A stretch of DNA of 64,000 nucleotides from Pyrinomonadaceae bacterium (GTDB taxonomy: Bacteria > Acidobacteriota > Blastocatellia > Pyrinomonadales > Pyrinomonadaceae), in assembly GCA_035606795.1 (NCBI GenBank), contig DATNEI010000107.1, positions 470-64,469 of the forward strand, given 5' to 3'. Position 1 is the first letter of the stretch. Every line of letters starts with the position of its first letter. Shown here piece after piece: positions 19,281 to 27,685 of this stretch. The notes beneath the pieces are model-generated. The model was given only the letters and a program-made list of their open reading frames with translations, had not been told where the DNA came from and did not search any database. Made by a program: the position numbers and the translations under genes.

Positions 19281-20012
19281 ATGTCCGCCGCTTCCCAAGT
19301 CAATTCTCATTTGCACCGGGCCTACGCGTTTCGAGATCTGTCTGACTACTCTTTCAAAGATCGTCTTCTGATCAGGGCCGCCGGTCTGGTGTTCTTCACC
19401 GTTATCAAGCTTGTGGGATTAACAATTCGATTCGAGGTTGAGGGTTGGGAAAATTGGGAAGCAGCCACGCGCGACGCTCAGGTTCCCATTTACACGACCT
19501 GGCACAACACAATTTTTCTCTCAACTTATTTTTGGCGAAAGCGAGGAATAGTCTTGATGAGTTCCCGCAGCTTTGACGCCGAATATATGGAACGAACCAT
19601 CAAGCGGTTCGGGTTCGGGACTGTGAAGGGCTCGTCAACCCGCGGGCACACTGGCGCCACCGTGGAAATGATCCGTTTGATTCGGGCAGGTCATCCAGGC
19701 GGCTTCACGATCGACGGTCCAAAGGGGCCTCGTTACGTAGCGAAGATGGGAGCGGTCTTGGTTGCCCAAAAATCGGGACAACCGATTCTTCCGTTCACGA
19801 TCGCCACCCACAAGTGTTGGGAGCTGCAGAAAACCTGGGACCACACGTGCATCCCCAAACCATTCAGCCGCGCGCGGGTGGTAATTGGGCCGCCCATTTC
19901 AGTCCCTGCTGGGCGGGATGAAAACTTGCTGGCGAGAAAACAGGAAGAGCTGCAGCAGTCGCTGGACCACCTCGAGCGCCAAGGCAAGGAATGGCGGGCC
20001 GCCGTTTCGTGA
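19281..20012 (+). CDS. DUF374-type lysophospholipid acyltransferase-like protein
   Basis: TWHNTIF...SRSFDAEYMERTIKRFGFGTVKGSSTRGHTGA...TIDGPKGPRYVAKMGAVLVAQKSGQPILPF, as in DUF374 proteins usually found next to Kdo/lipid A genes. Confidence 0.7.
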   Translation: MSAASQVNSHLHRAYAFRDLSDYSFKDRLLIRAAGLVFFTVIKLVGLTIRFEVEGWENWEAATRDAQVPIYTTWHNTIFLSTYFWRKRGIVLMSSRSFDAEYMERTIKRFGFGTVKGSSTRGHTGATVEMIRLIRAGHPGGFTIDGPKGPRYVAKMGAVLVAQKSGQPILPFTIATHKCWELQKTWDHTCIPKPFSRARVVIGPPISVPAGRDENLLARKQEELQQSLDHLERQGKEWRAAVS

Positions 20013-20041
20013 AGGTCAGTTCGTGTAGTACGATTGGCGCA

Positions 20042-20130
20042 CCGCAAGTTCCAAGTTTCAAGTTCCAAGTTTCAAGTTTCAAGTTCGGTTCTGACGACTC
20101 GAAACTCGAAACTTGAAACTCGAAACTGCG
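20042..20130. repeat. Hairpin built from inverted arrays of tandem heptamers (CAAGTTY x6 / YGAAACT x4)
   Basis: Left array 20045..20086, right array 20100..20127, closed by ccgca/tgcgg. Intergenic between two plus-strand genes. Confidence 0.9.
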
Positions 20131-20146
20131 GTAACGCGGAGGTCCG

Positions 20147-21319
20147 ATGATCAACCAGGAACGCATCAAAAATCTTCTACTCGAACTCGTGCAGATCGAT
20201 AGCCACTCGCGCAAAGAACGCGAGGTCGCGCAATGTATCAAGAAGTACTGCGAAGAGATGGGCGCGCAGGTCGAGATCGACAGCGCGGGCGAAGCCGTCG
20301 GCGGCAACACCGGGAATGTCATCGCACGATTTCCCGGCACCATCGGGAACGCGCAACCGATCATGATGTCGGCCCACATGGACACCGTCGTTCCCGGCGA
20401 AGGGGTCAAGCCGGTTATCGAAGGCGACATTATTCGCACCGACGGCACCACGGTGCTCGGCGGCGACGACAAGAGCGGCTGCGCCGTGATCATCGAAGTC
20501 ATTCGCTGCCTCCAGGAGCAAAAGATTCCCCACGCGCCGATTGAAGCAATCTTCTCGATTTGCGAAGAAGTCGGATTGCTCGGGGCCAAAAACGTGGATG
20601 TTTCGCAGTTGAAATCGAAGTACGGCATTGTTTTCGATTCCGACGATCCGGGCTTTCTGTTCACGAAGGGACCCAATTCCAATCACATGGAGTTCCGGAT
20701 TCATGGCCTCGAATCGCACGCCGGCGTCGCGCCGGAAGAAGGCATCTCAGCCATCAAGATCGCCGCGGAAGGTCTCGCCAACATGAAACTCGGCCGCATT
20801 GATGAGGAGACGACGGCGAACATCGGCCAGATCGAAGGCGGTATGGCCACGAACATCATCCCGAACCTGGTAGTGCTGAAAGGCGAAGCCCGATCACACA
20901 GCGAACAGAAACTCGAAGCACAGACTCAACACATGAAGAAGTGTCTCGAAGATGCCGCGGCGAAATACGAAGTCACCGTCGCCGGAAAGACGACCAAAGC
21001 TTCCGTTGAGTCGCATGTTGAACGCGACTACTCTTCAATGGATGTTCCCGACAGCTCGCACGTCGTGCAGCTCGTCCTTAAAGCGGCCGCACGCATGGGC
21101 CTGGACGTGAAAACGATGGCGTCCGGCGGCGGCTGCGATGCGAACGTCTTCAACCGCAAGGGCATCGAGTGCGCGAACCTGGGCACCGGTATGCGCGCCA
21201 TTCACACGGTGAAAGAATGGCTCGACGTGAAAGACATGTACGCGTCGGCTGAGATGACTTTGGAAATCATGAAGTTAAACGGCGAGCTGGCAGCGAAAGC
21301 GTCGGCCACCGGCGCGTGA
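20147..21319 (+). CDS. M20-family metallopeptidase (peptidase T-like)
   Basis: IDSHSRKE, SAHMDTVVPGEG and GGDDKSG metal-binding motifs. Confidence 0.75.
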   Translation: MINQERIKNLLLELVQIDSHSRKEREVAQCIKKYCEEMGAQVEIDSAGEAVGGNTGNVIARFPGTIGNAQPIMMSAHMDTVVPGEGVKPVIEGDIIRTDGTTVLGGDDKSGCAVIIEVIRCLQEQKIPHAPIEAIFSICEEVGLLGAKNVDVSQLKSKYGIVFDSDDPGFLFTKGPNSNHMEFRIHGLESHAGVAPEEGISAIKIAAEGLANMKLGRIDEETTANIGQIEGGMATNIIPNLVVLKGEARSHSEQKLEAQTQHMKKCLEDAAAKYEVTVAGKTTKASVESHVERDYSSMDVPDSSHVVQLVLKAAARMGLDVKTMASGGGCDANVFNRKGIECANLGTGMRAIHTVKEWLDVKDMYASAEMTLEIMKLNGELAAKASATGA

Positions 21320-21373
21320 AGCCTATTACACAAGGGCCCTAGCAGCGGCTAACCGTTTGTAGGAGGTAGGCCA

Positions 21374-22504
21374 ATGATTCGATCAAACCTGGTTACTACC
21401 GCAGCCTTGCTTTTGTTTGGGTTGGTTCCTCTTGCGGCTCCAGCGCAGCAAGAAGCGACTTTAGGCGTTGAAGTAGTGCAACCTGCCAATCCTTCTTTCA
21501 TGGCTATTGGTAGTCGTTGGAACATTGATCCGCCGCCGCAACTGCCGCGCAGTAAATCCTCGAAGAACTCGATCGCGTTAACCAAGATTACGATCAGTCC
21601 CACATTCGAATACGGCGGAGTGCGTATCGCTATCGGTGGCATCTTCGACGATTCGTGTCCGGCAGACGCACCCGGTCCGAAGTACGGTGAGAAAGAGAAA
21701 CCCATCGCGAGCTATTTTGCCAACGAAGGCGAAACGGTGGTCGTCAAGGAATTTGAAGATTATGGCCGTGAGAAACTTGTCCTGCGCGTCAAGCGAGGTA
21801 AAGAGTGGCGTCCAGAAGAGACAGTGACTTCAGGCTTTCCGCAACTCGTTAACACCGTGCAATCAATCGTACTGATCAATGTTCAAGCCGAAAGCGAGCC
21901 TTCGGAGTTTCTCTTAACGCTGCAAAACGCTTCAGGCAAAGACGTAGTCGGACTCTCGCTAAAAATGTCTTCGTTCGAAACGCAAACGTGGACGCCATTT
22001 TCGAATAAGCCTCTGATTCGCGCTTACGCAACGATGAAAACGCCTATTCGGATTCAGGGCGAATCCAGCATTTCAGTGAAGAGCGTTCTGTTCGCTGATG
22101 GAAGTTACGATGGAGCTGTGGTTGACGCCGCGGAAATGGCTGCTCGCCGGCTGGGGTCCAGGATTCAAAGGTCCAGGCTGTTACAACTGTTGTTGGACCA
22201 GCCACGAACCGGCGAACCAAATGAAATCCTCGGCCAGCTAAAACAGAAGATTAACGATTGGCGCATCGATGTGGATCCTACAGACATCGACCAGATCCAG
22301 TCGCAATTTCCCAAGCTGCCCAAAGAGAACGGCAGACCGTGGATCGCCGAACAAATCATGTACGGACTTAAGATGGCGCGGAGCGACGGCGCCCACCGGG
22401 TTGACGAGATCGATCAAAAGCGGCGCAATCAGGCCATCTTTGATTGGCAGGATGCACTCAAGAGCCTTACCGATAAGGTCAGAGACTCGACCGTTTCGAA
22501 ATAA
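21374..22504 (+). CDS. Secreted hypothetical protein
   Basis: Signal peptide MIRSNLVTTAALLLFGLVPLAAPAQQ. No recognisable domain. Confidence 0.5.
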   Translation: MIRSNLVTTAALLLFGLVPLAAPAQQEATLGVEVVQPANPSFMAIGSRWNIDPPPQLPRSKSSKNSIALTKITISPTFEYGGVRIAIGGIFDDSCPADAPGPKYGEKEKPIASYFANEGETVVVKEFEDYGREKLVLRVKRGKEWRPEETVTSGFPQLVNTVQSIVLINVQAESEPSEFLLTLQNASGKDVVGLSLKMSSFETQTWTPFSNKPLIRAYATMKTPIRIQGESSISVKSVLFADGSYDGAVVDAAEMAARRLGSRIQRSRLLQLLLDQPRTGEPNEILGQLKQKINDWRIDVDPTDIDQIQSQFPKLPKENGRPWIAEQIMYGLKMARSDGAHRVDEIDQKRRNQAIFDWQDALKSLTDKVRDSTVSK

Positions 22505-22513
22505 GACTGGCTC

Positions 22514-22909
22514 ATGCCTCCACGGTGGACTCACATCACCATTAACTGTAGCGACCTTGATCGTTCAATCGATTTCTACACTTCATTTTGCGGTCTAACC
22601 ATTGTTCGCGATCGGCGGCCCGAAGGACGGCACAACGTCTGGCTCGGTCCGCAGACTGCTCCGGGCGAGGATCCGGTTTTTGTTTTGGTGGTGATCCAGG
22701 ATGAAGTGAAGGCCCGGCTGGATCACTTCGGTTTTCAGTGCGACTCAAAGGAAGAAGTAGATCGACTGGCGCAACAAGCGCGCGAACAGAATATTCTGGT
22801 TGAGCCGCCAGCCGACATTGGCGGTGTCGTTGGATACTTCACGATGGTGCGCGATCCCGATGGACACCTGGTTGAGTTCACTGCCGGTCAACCATTGAAG
22901 GGTTTATGA
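22514..22909 (+). CDS. VOC/glyoxalase-family protein
   Basis: Small two-module beta-alpha-beta-beta-beta pattern: THITINCSDLDRSIDFY...LDHFGFQ...DPDGHLVEF. Confidence 0.7.
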   Translation: MPPRWTHITINCSDLDRSIDFYTSFCGLTIVRDRRPEGRHNVWLGPQTAPGEDPVFVLVVIQDEVKARLDHFGFQCDSKEEVDRLAQQAREQNILVEPPADIGGVVGYFTMVRDPDGHLVEFTAGQPLKGL

Positions 22910-22910
22910 G

Positions 22911-23978
22911 ATGACTCGATCTGTCGCGGCATTAGTGATTGCGTTTCTAGCTTTGTCCGCTGCGGCGGTGGCCCAGTCTCCGTATACGATCAGCGGTGAA
23001 TTGCGAGACGACGCGGGGCGACTTTTCGCTGGCGGCAACGTATGCGCGCTGCTGAAAATCCCGAGCGGCCTCAACGTTCGCGACAAAACGTGCGCGGTAT
23101 CTGATAGCCAGGGTAAATTCACCATCAACATAGCGCAGCCGGGAACATATCAGGTCATCGCCGACAAAATGTCCGAACACTATATGCCCACCTACTTGCC
23201 GTTTTACCGAGTTTCACGACGACCGGTTACGGAAGTGATTTTGGGCCAGGGAACCGAGAATCAAACGGCGACAGTCACGATGCCCCCTAAGAGCGGACTG
23301 ATTACCGGCAAAGTCATCGACGAAGCGACTGATCGCCGGGTCCCCAACTTTGTCGTCTGGGTCTGGCAAGCTCGCGATCCCAACGCTCGTACTCACCTGG
23401 TGGTAAATGGCCAATCGGGCATGTTCCAGCTACCCGTGCCGCCGACCGAACCTATCGGGATACGCGTAGTGGCAGATGGCTATGAAGATTGGGTGATCGC
23501 AGGAGGAATGCTGGTTTCAATGGCTGGCGCCAGGAAAGGTCCGGGTGCTTTGGTCGTTCCGGCGGGACAGAAAGCTGACTTCGCGGTATACCTCAAGAGA
23601 AAGACGCCGCCGCCCGATGATACCTCGGATTCAAGCAGGTTACCGGCGCCAATTCAACTTTCACCGGCAGACAGTCAAGTCTTCGATATTTTTCCACGAC
23701 ATACGCGGCTCGAATGGAATCCGGTACCGGGCGCGATCTCTTACGCCGTCGAAATCGAATCGTGCTGGCCACGCGGTTCTGAGGAAAAGAGGCGACTTCC
23801 CGATGATGGTGAGTGCATCAACCCGTCGTCATATGAAGAGAAGTACGGCCTGCATGAAACGAACTACGAATTCATCTTTAAAGGAGCGCAGCCCGGCCGG
23901 TGGAGGGTTTGGGCAATAGATTCGAACCACAAACCTGGAATGAGGAGTCCTTGGCGAAGCTTCACTTATTTGAAATGA
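22911..23978 (+). CDS. Secreted protein with carboxypeptidase-regulatory-like (Ig-like) repeats
   Basis: Signal peptide, plus ISGELRDDAGRLFAGGNVCAL and ITGKVIDEATDRRVPNFVV patterns. The start overlaps the preceding stop (ATGA). Confidence 0.4.
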   Translation: MTRSVAALVIAFLALSAAAVAQSPYTISGELRDDAGRLFAGGNVCALLKIPSGLNVRDKTCAVSDSQGKFTINIAQPGTYQVIADKMSEHYMPTYLPFYRVSRRPVTEVILGQGTENQTATVTMPPKSGLITGKVIDEATDRRVPNFVVWVWQARDPNARTHLVVNGQSGMFQLPVPPTEPIGIRVVADGYEDWVIAGGMLVSMAGARKGPGALVVPAGQKADFAVYLKRKTPPPDDTSDSSRLPAPIQLSPADSQVFDIFPRHTRLEWNPVPGAISYAVEIESCWPRGSEEKRRLPDDGECINPSSYEEKYGLHETNYEFIFKGAQPGRWRVWAIDSNHKPGMRSPWRSFTYLK

Positions 23979-24025
23979 TACGCGTGTTGCAATTCGTCCT
24001 GCTCTGGCCATAATCACTTCCCATC

Positions 24026-24541
24026 ATGATCCGTCCTTTTCGCGGTGTTCATCCGCAAATTCACGAAACCGCATTCATCGCCGACAGCGCGCAGATCATC
24101 GGCGACGTGCACATCGGCGAGCAGGCTTCCGTCTGGTTTGGCTCAGTCGTACGCGGCGACATGTTCTACATACGCATCGGCGACCGCACGAATGTTCAGG
24201 ACAACTGCGTGCTGCACACGCGCACTGGCGAGAAACCGACCATCCTCGAAGAAGAAGTCACCATCGGCCACAGCGTAACGCTGCACGGTTGTTACATTGA
24301 ACGAAAGAGCCTAATCGGAATCGGATCGATTGTTTTAGACGATGTGCGGGTGGGACATGAATCGTTGGTGGCGGCCGGTTCGTTGATTTCTCCCGGCACG
24401 ATCATTCCGCCACGTTCATTGGTGATGGGCATGCCGGCACGAGTGAAACGGCCGTTGTCTGACGAAGAAGTCGCCAGCCTCGATCGCTTTTGGCAGAATT
24501 ACGTTGAGTATTCGGCCGTTTATCTGCGCGATGAAGCGTAA
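24026..24541 (+). CDS. Gamma-carbonic-anhydrase-like left-handed beta-helix protein
   Basis: MIRPFRGVHPQIHETAFIADSAQIIGDVHIGEQASVWFGSVVRGD is canonical for this family. Confidence 0.8.
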   Translation: MIRPFRGVHPQIHETAFIADSAQIIGDVHIGEQASVWFGSVVRGDMFYIRIGDRTNVQDNCVLHTRTGEKPTILEEEVTIGHSVTLHGCYIERKSLIGIGSIVLDDVRVGHESLVAAGSLISPGTIIPPRSLVMGMPARVKRPLSDEEVASLDRFWQNYVEYSAVYLRDEA

Positions 24542-24546
24542 GGTGA

Positions 24547-25548
24547 TTAGGCGAAGGAAAGCAGTTCTTGCTGTGGTTGAGAGCTTGAATGCGCTGTCAT
24601 CCATCCGATCACATCGCCCATTCCAGCAAGATCCGCAGAGGAAAGAGGGTGGGCGCCCTTAGTAATCAATTCTTGATTACCTCGACCAATCTCAGCGCTC
24701 GCACGAACGAACAAAGGACACCAGCCCGCCGTCAAGGCCTCGACAGCGCCCGCCCACGTGCCCCCTTTCTCATATTCGCTCGACACTACGACTGAATAAT
24801 CAGAAGCGCCGTAAATTATCTTGTTGCGGCCCATCGCCCCACCAATTGAAAACCCGTTGTCAGGTCGATAAGGTGTTACTAAAACCAGTCGCCCGTCAGC
24901 GATGAAGCCACGCACTTCGTTCTGTCGGATGGTCTTAGTGAGACTGTCCGCCAGCACTCCAATCGCGCAGCCACCTGCGTCCAGCCCACCTTGCATCGCG
25001 ATGCGATCCGTCCCGCGCGCTCCTCCGGACACTACCGCCACTGAGGAGCGGGCACATATTTCTCCCAGGCGGCGCGCAAAGGTTGCCCCCTCGTCATCAA
25101 TGTTGCGCGAGCCGACAATCGCAATTGCCGGGCGACTGAGAATTGACAATTCGCCGGAGCCGAACAAAACCGGCGGCGCTTGATGTTTCATCGAATCCTT
25201 CAGTCGTACAGGATATGAATCATCAAGACGGGTCATGCACCAAATGCCACTCGCAGACATTTGTTCTAGTTCCAGCGCAACGGCACCCCCGCGATCGAGC
25301 AGCGCGGCAATGCGTTCAGCTTCCGCCTCAGCGATTGCGAGATGTTTCGACAGATCTGCGGTAGACATTCCCAGCAGCGCACCCGGACGGGCTAACTCCG
25401 ACTCATGAATTCTCCGCGCGAGCGCGTTCCACTCTTTAAGCGTCAGCGGCGATACCGTTGATTCAATGCCGTCGCTCAAGCCCAACCGCGAACACAGCAT
25501 GACAACGGCTGCGGAATCGTCGGTTAGTTGTGCGCGCGTATCGATCAT
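24547..25548 (-). CDS. DprA/Smf-like (SLOG Rossmann) protein, second copy; RqlI/PsyrA-like putative antitoxin
   Basis: AIAIVGSRNIDDEG...VVSGGARGTDRIAMQGGL...GVLADSL matches the DprA core. Its ATG overlaps the stop of the upstream helicase gene (ATGA at 25545..25548). Confidence 0.7.
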   Translation of the reverse strand: MIDTRAQLTDDSAAVVMLCSRLGLSDGIESTVSPLTLKEWNALARRIHESELARPGALLGMSTADLSKHLAIAEAEAERIAALLDRGGAVALELEQMSASGIWCMTRLDDSYPVRLKDSMKHQAPPVLFGSGELSILSRPAIAIVGSRNIDDEGATFARRLGEICARSSVAVVSGGARGTDRIAMQGGLDAGGCAIGVLADSLTKTIRQNEVRGFIADGRLVLVTPYRPDNGFSIGGAMGRNKIIYGASDYSVVVSSEYEKGGTWAGAVEALTAGWCPLFVRASAEIGRGNQELITKGAHPLSSADLAGMGDVIGWMTAHSSSQPQQELLSFA

Positions 25549-27656
25549 GAATCACCCGCGGTGGCCCTGGCTAAAACGAAAGGAAAGACCGGACCGCTGC
25601 CGTTTATCCGCAGTAACGCTGCGATCATGGTCAATGTCCAACCTGAATCAACCACATCGTCAACCAACAGAACCGGCGCTTGGAGGATATCACGCTCGAC
25701 CGAGAACGCTCCTAACAAATTGCGCAATTGTTGGGCACTGTTCTCCATAAGTTTTTGCGGTTCCGTTTCGCGGGTTTTCGCGATGACAGGTGCGAAAGAG
25801 AGATTCAAGATTCTCGCCAAGCGTTTGCCAAAGTCTGATACCAATGTCGGTTCACGATTCGAAGGAACACAAGTAATCCATTCCGGAAATGGATCGGGCC
25901 GCCAGCGCTCGCGTATCAACCGCGCGGATACTTCCACCAGTTCATCGCTGAAATGTTTTGCCTGGTACTTGCCGTCCGCCACCACTCGTCCCCAGCCCGC
26001 GTCCCCGTAAATGGACAGTGAGCGTCCGGGTTGGGGGCGCAAATCTTCTGGAATTCTTGTGCTTACTCTTCCCTGCTTCGTGAGGCCGACGGCATCCGGC
26101 ATAACTTCTTGAATGTCATCGAGCGCCGCGACGGGCCATTGTTTCCGCGCGTCAAAAATAACGTCATCACCGCGCAAAAACTCAATCGCTTCGTGAATCA
26201 GCTTCTGCGGGATTGTTTGCCGGTGAGTACGGCCAGAGCAATTCATGCATTTTCCGCATGGCGAAGGCGCCGGATCGTCCAACGCTAGCGCCAGAAATTC
26301 CATCAGGCAGCCAGTGTGATCGACGTAGCCTTTTATCTCCTCCAGTTCGGCACGACGGTTTTTGGTCACCTGCTCCGAATGCAATAAATCCAGATGCCAC
26401 GCATTGGGAGTGCGGATGAACGTCCTGCCATCTCGAATAACAGCACCATCCACTTCCAGTAGCTTCAGAGTTTTATCGATCACTCCACGTCGATAATTCA
26501 TTTGCGACATCAGTTCATTGACGGTGACGCCAGACCTCTGCTCAACCGCCTGTAATACTTGCGACATCACCTTAGCGGGCGGAAACGCTGAACGAATAAA
26601 GTAGTCCTGAATTTCGTCGTCTTCGCGGCCGCTCAACAGAATGCCGTACGCCTCGTCGACCGCACGGCCGGCCCGTCCGACTTGTTGGTAATAAGCGATG
26701 ACTGAGCCGGGTCGCTGAAAGTGGATGACAAAACCCAGATCGGGTTTATCGAAACCCATTCCGAGTGCTACCGTCGCCACCAGCGCTTTGCATTCGTTGC
26801 TGATTAACCTCCGTTCAGTCTCCAAACGCTCTTCATTGGCCAAATCCCCATAGTATTCAAGTGCGTCGATTCCGTTCTGCCGAAGCCACCCCGCAACTCG
26901 ACGCGTGTCTGGAATTGTTAAGCAATAGATAATGCCGCTACCGGGAAGCTTCGGGACGAACTCAGCCAGCCACGCGAGGCGCTCGCTCTGATCACTCAGT
27001 TTGATGTTGAAGAGTTTCAGCGACCCGCGCGTTAGTGGGCCGCGCTGTACCTGAAGGTTTGGAATCTGAGCGACGACATCCTGCACCACACGATTGTTTG
27101 CAGTGGCCGTGGTGCACACGACCGGAACTTTCGCCGGCAGCATTTGCAGGATGCGGACGATGCGACGATAGTCCGGGCGAAAGTCATGGCCCCAATCAGA
27201 GATACAATGCGCCTCATCAACAATGAAGAGGCCGACGCTGTTTTGGATTCGCGAGAGCACGCTGCTGCGGAACTCAGGATTCGCCAGTCGTTCCGGAGAA
27301 ATAAGAAGAATGTCGCATTCGTTTCGTGCGAGCGCCGTCTGTGCGTCGGCCCATTGTTCGAGGTTTTCGCTGTGGATGGTAAATGGCCGCAAGCCGATGT
27401 GGCGTGCTGCATCGATTTGATTTCGCATCAGCGCCAGCAGGGGGCTGATCAATAACGCAGGTCCTGAGCCGCCATCGCGAAGAATTTTCGTCGCTAAAAA
27501 GTAAACGATGCTCTTGCCCCAACCGGTGCGCTGGACTACGAGCACACGTTGCTTGAGATTTGCGGCAGCATGAATCGCATCCCATTGGCCTTCACGAAAA
27601 GATTTGTCGGCGCCGAGCATCTGGCGTAGGAGCGACTCAGCTTCGGGTTTGTTCAT
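25545..27656 (-). CDS. RecQ-like SF2 helicase fused to a C-terminal ComF-type phosphoribosyltransferase domain; RqlH/PsyrT-like
   Basis: Walker A QRTGWGKS, DEAH box FIVDEAHCISDWGHDFRPDY, RecQ Zn motif CGKCMNCSG, and a C-terminal PRPP loop VLLVDDVVDSGWTLTM. Confidence 0.75.
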   Translation of the reverse strand: MNKPEAESLLRQMLGADKSFREGQWDAIHAAANLKQRVLVVQRTGWGKSIVYFLATKILRDGGSGPALLISPLLALMRNQIDAARHIGLRPFTIHSENLEQWADAQTALARNECDILLISPERLANPEFRSSVLSRIQNSVGLFIVDEAHCISDWGHDFRPDYRRIVRILQMLPAKVPVVCTTATANNRVVQDVVAQIPNLQVQRGPLTRGSLKLFNIKLSDQSERLAWLAEFVPKLPGSGIIYCLTIPDTRRVAGWLRQNGIDALEYYGDLANEERLETERRLISNECKALVATVALGMGFDKPDLGFVIHFQRPGSVIAYYQQVGRAGRAVDEAYGILLSGREDDEIQDYFIRSAFPPAKVMSQVLQAVEQRSGVTVNELMSQMNYRRGVIDKTLKLLEVDGAVIRDGRTFIRTPNAWHLDLLHSEQVTKNRRAELEEIKGYVDHTGCLMEFLALALDDPAPSPCGKCMNCSGRTHRQTIPQKLIHEAIEFLRGDDVIFDARKQWPVAALDDIQEVMPDAVGLTKQGRVSTRIPEDLRPQPGRSLSIYGDAGWGRVVADGKYQAKHFSDELVEVSARLIRERWRPDPFPEWITCVPSNREPTLVSDFGKRLARILNLSFAPVIAKTRETEPQKLMENSAQQLRNLLGAFSVERDILQAPVLLVDDVVDSGWTLTMIAALLRINGSGPVFPFVLARATAGDS

Positions 27657-27685
27657 GAGGATTTTCGCCGTGGGAGGGCTGATGG

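Noticed and set aside
20042-20130. The short tandem repeats (here and at 41221, 42090, 42957 and 54692) as possible CRISPR arrays
   Set aside because: Units are 7-10 nt, directly abutting with no spacers, and arranged as inverted arrays. There are no cas genes. This is not CRISPR.
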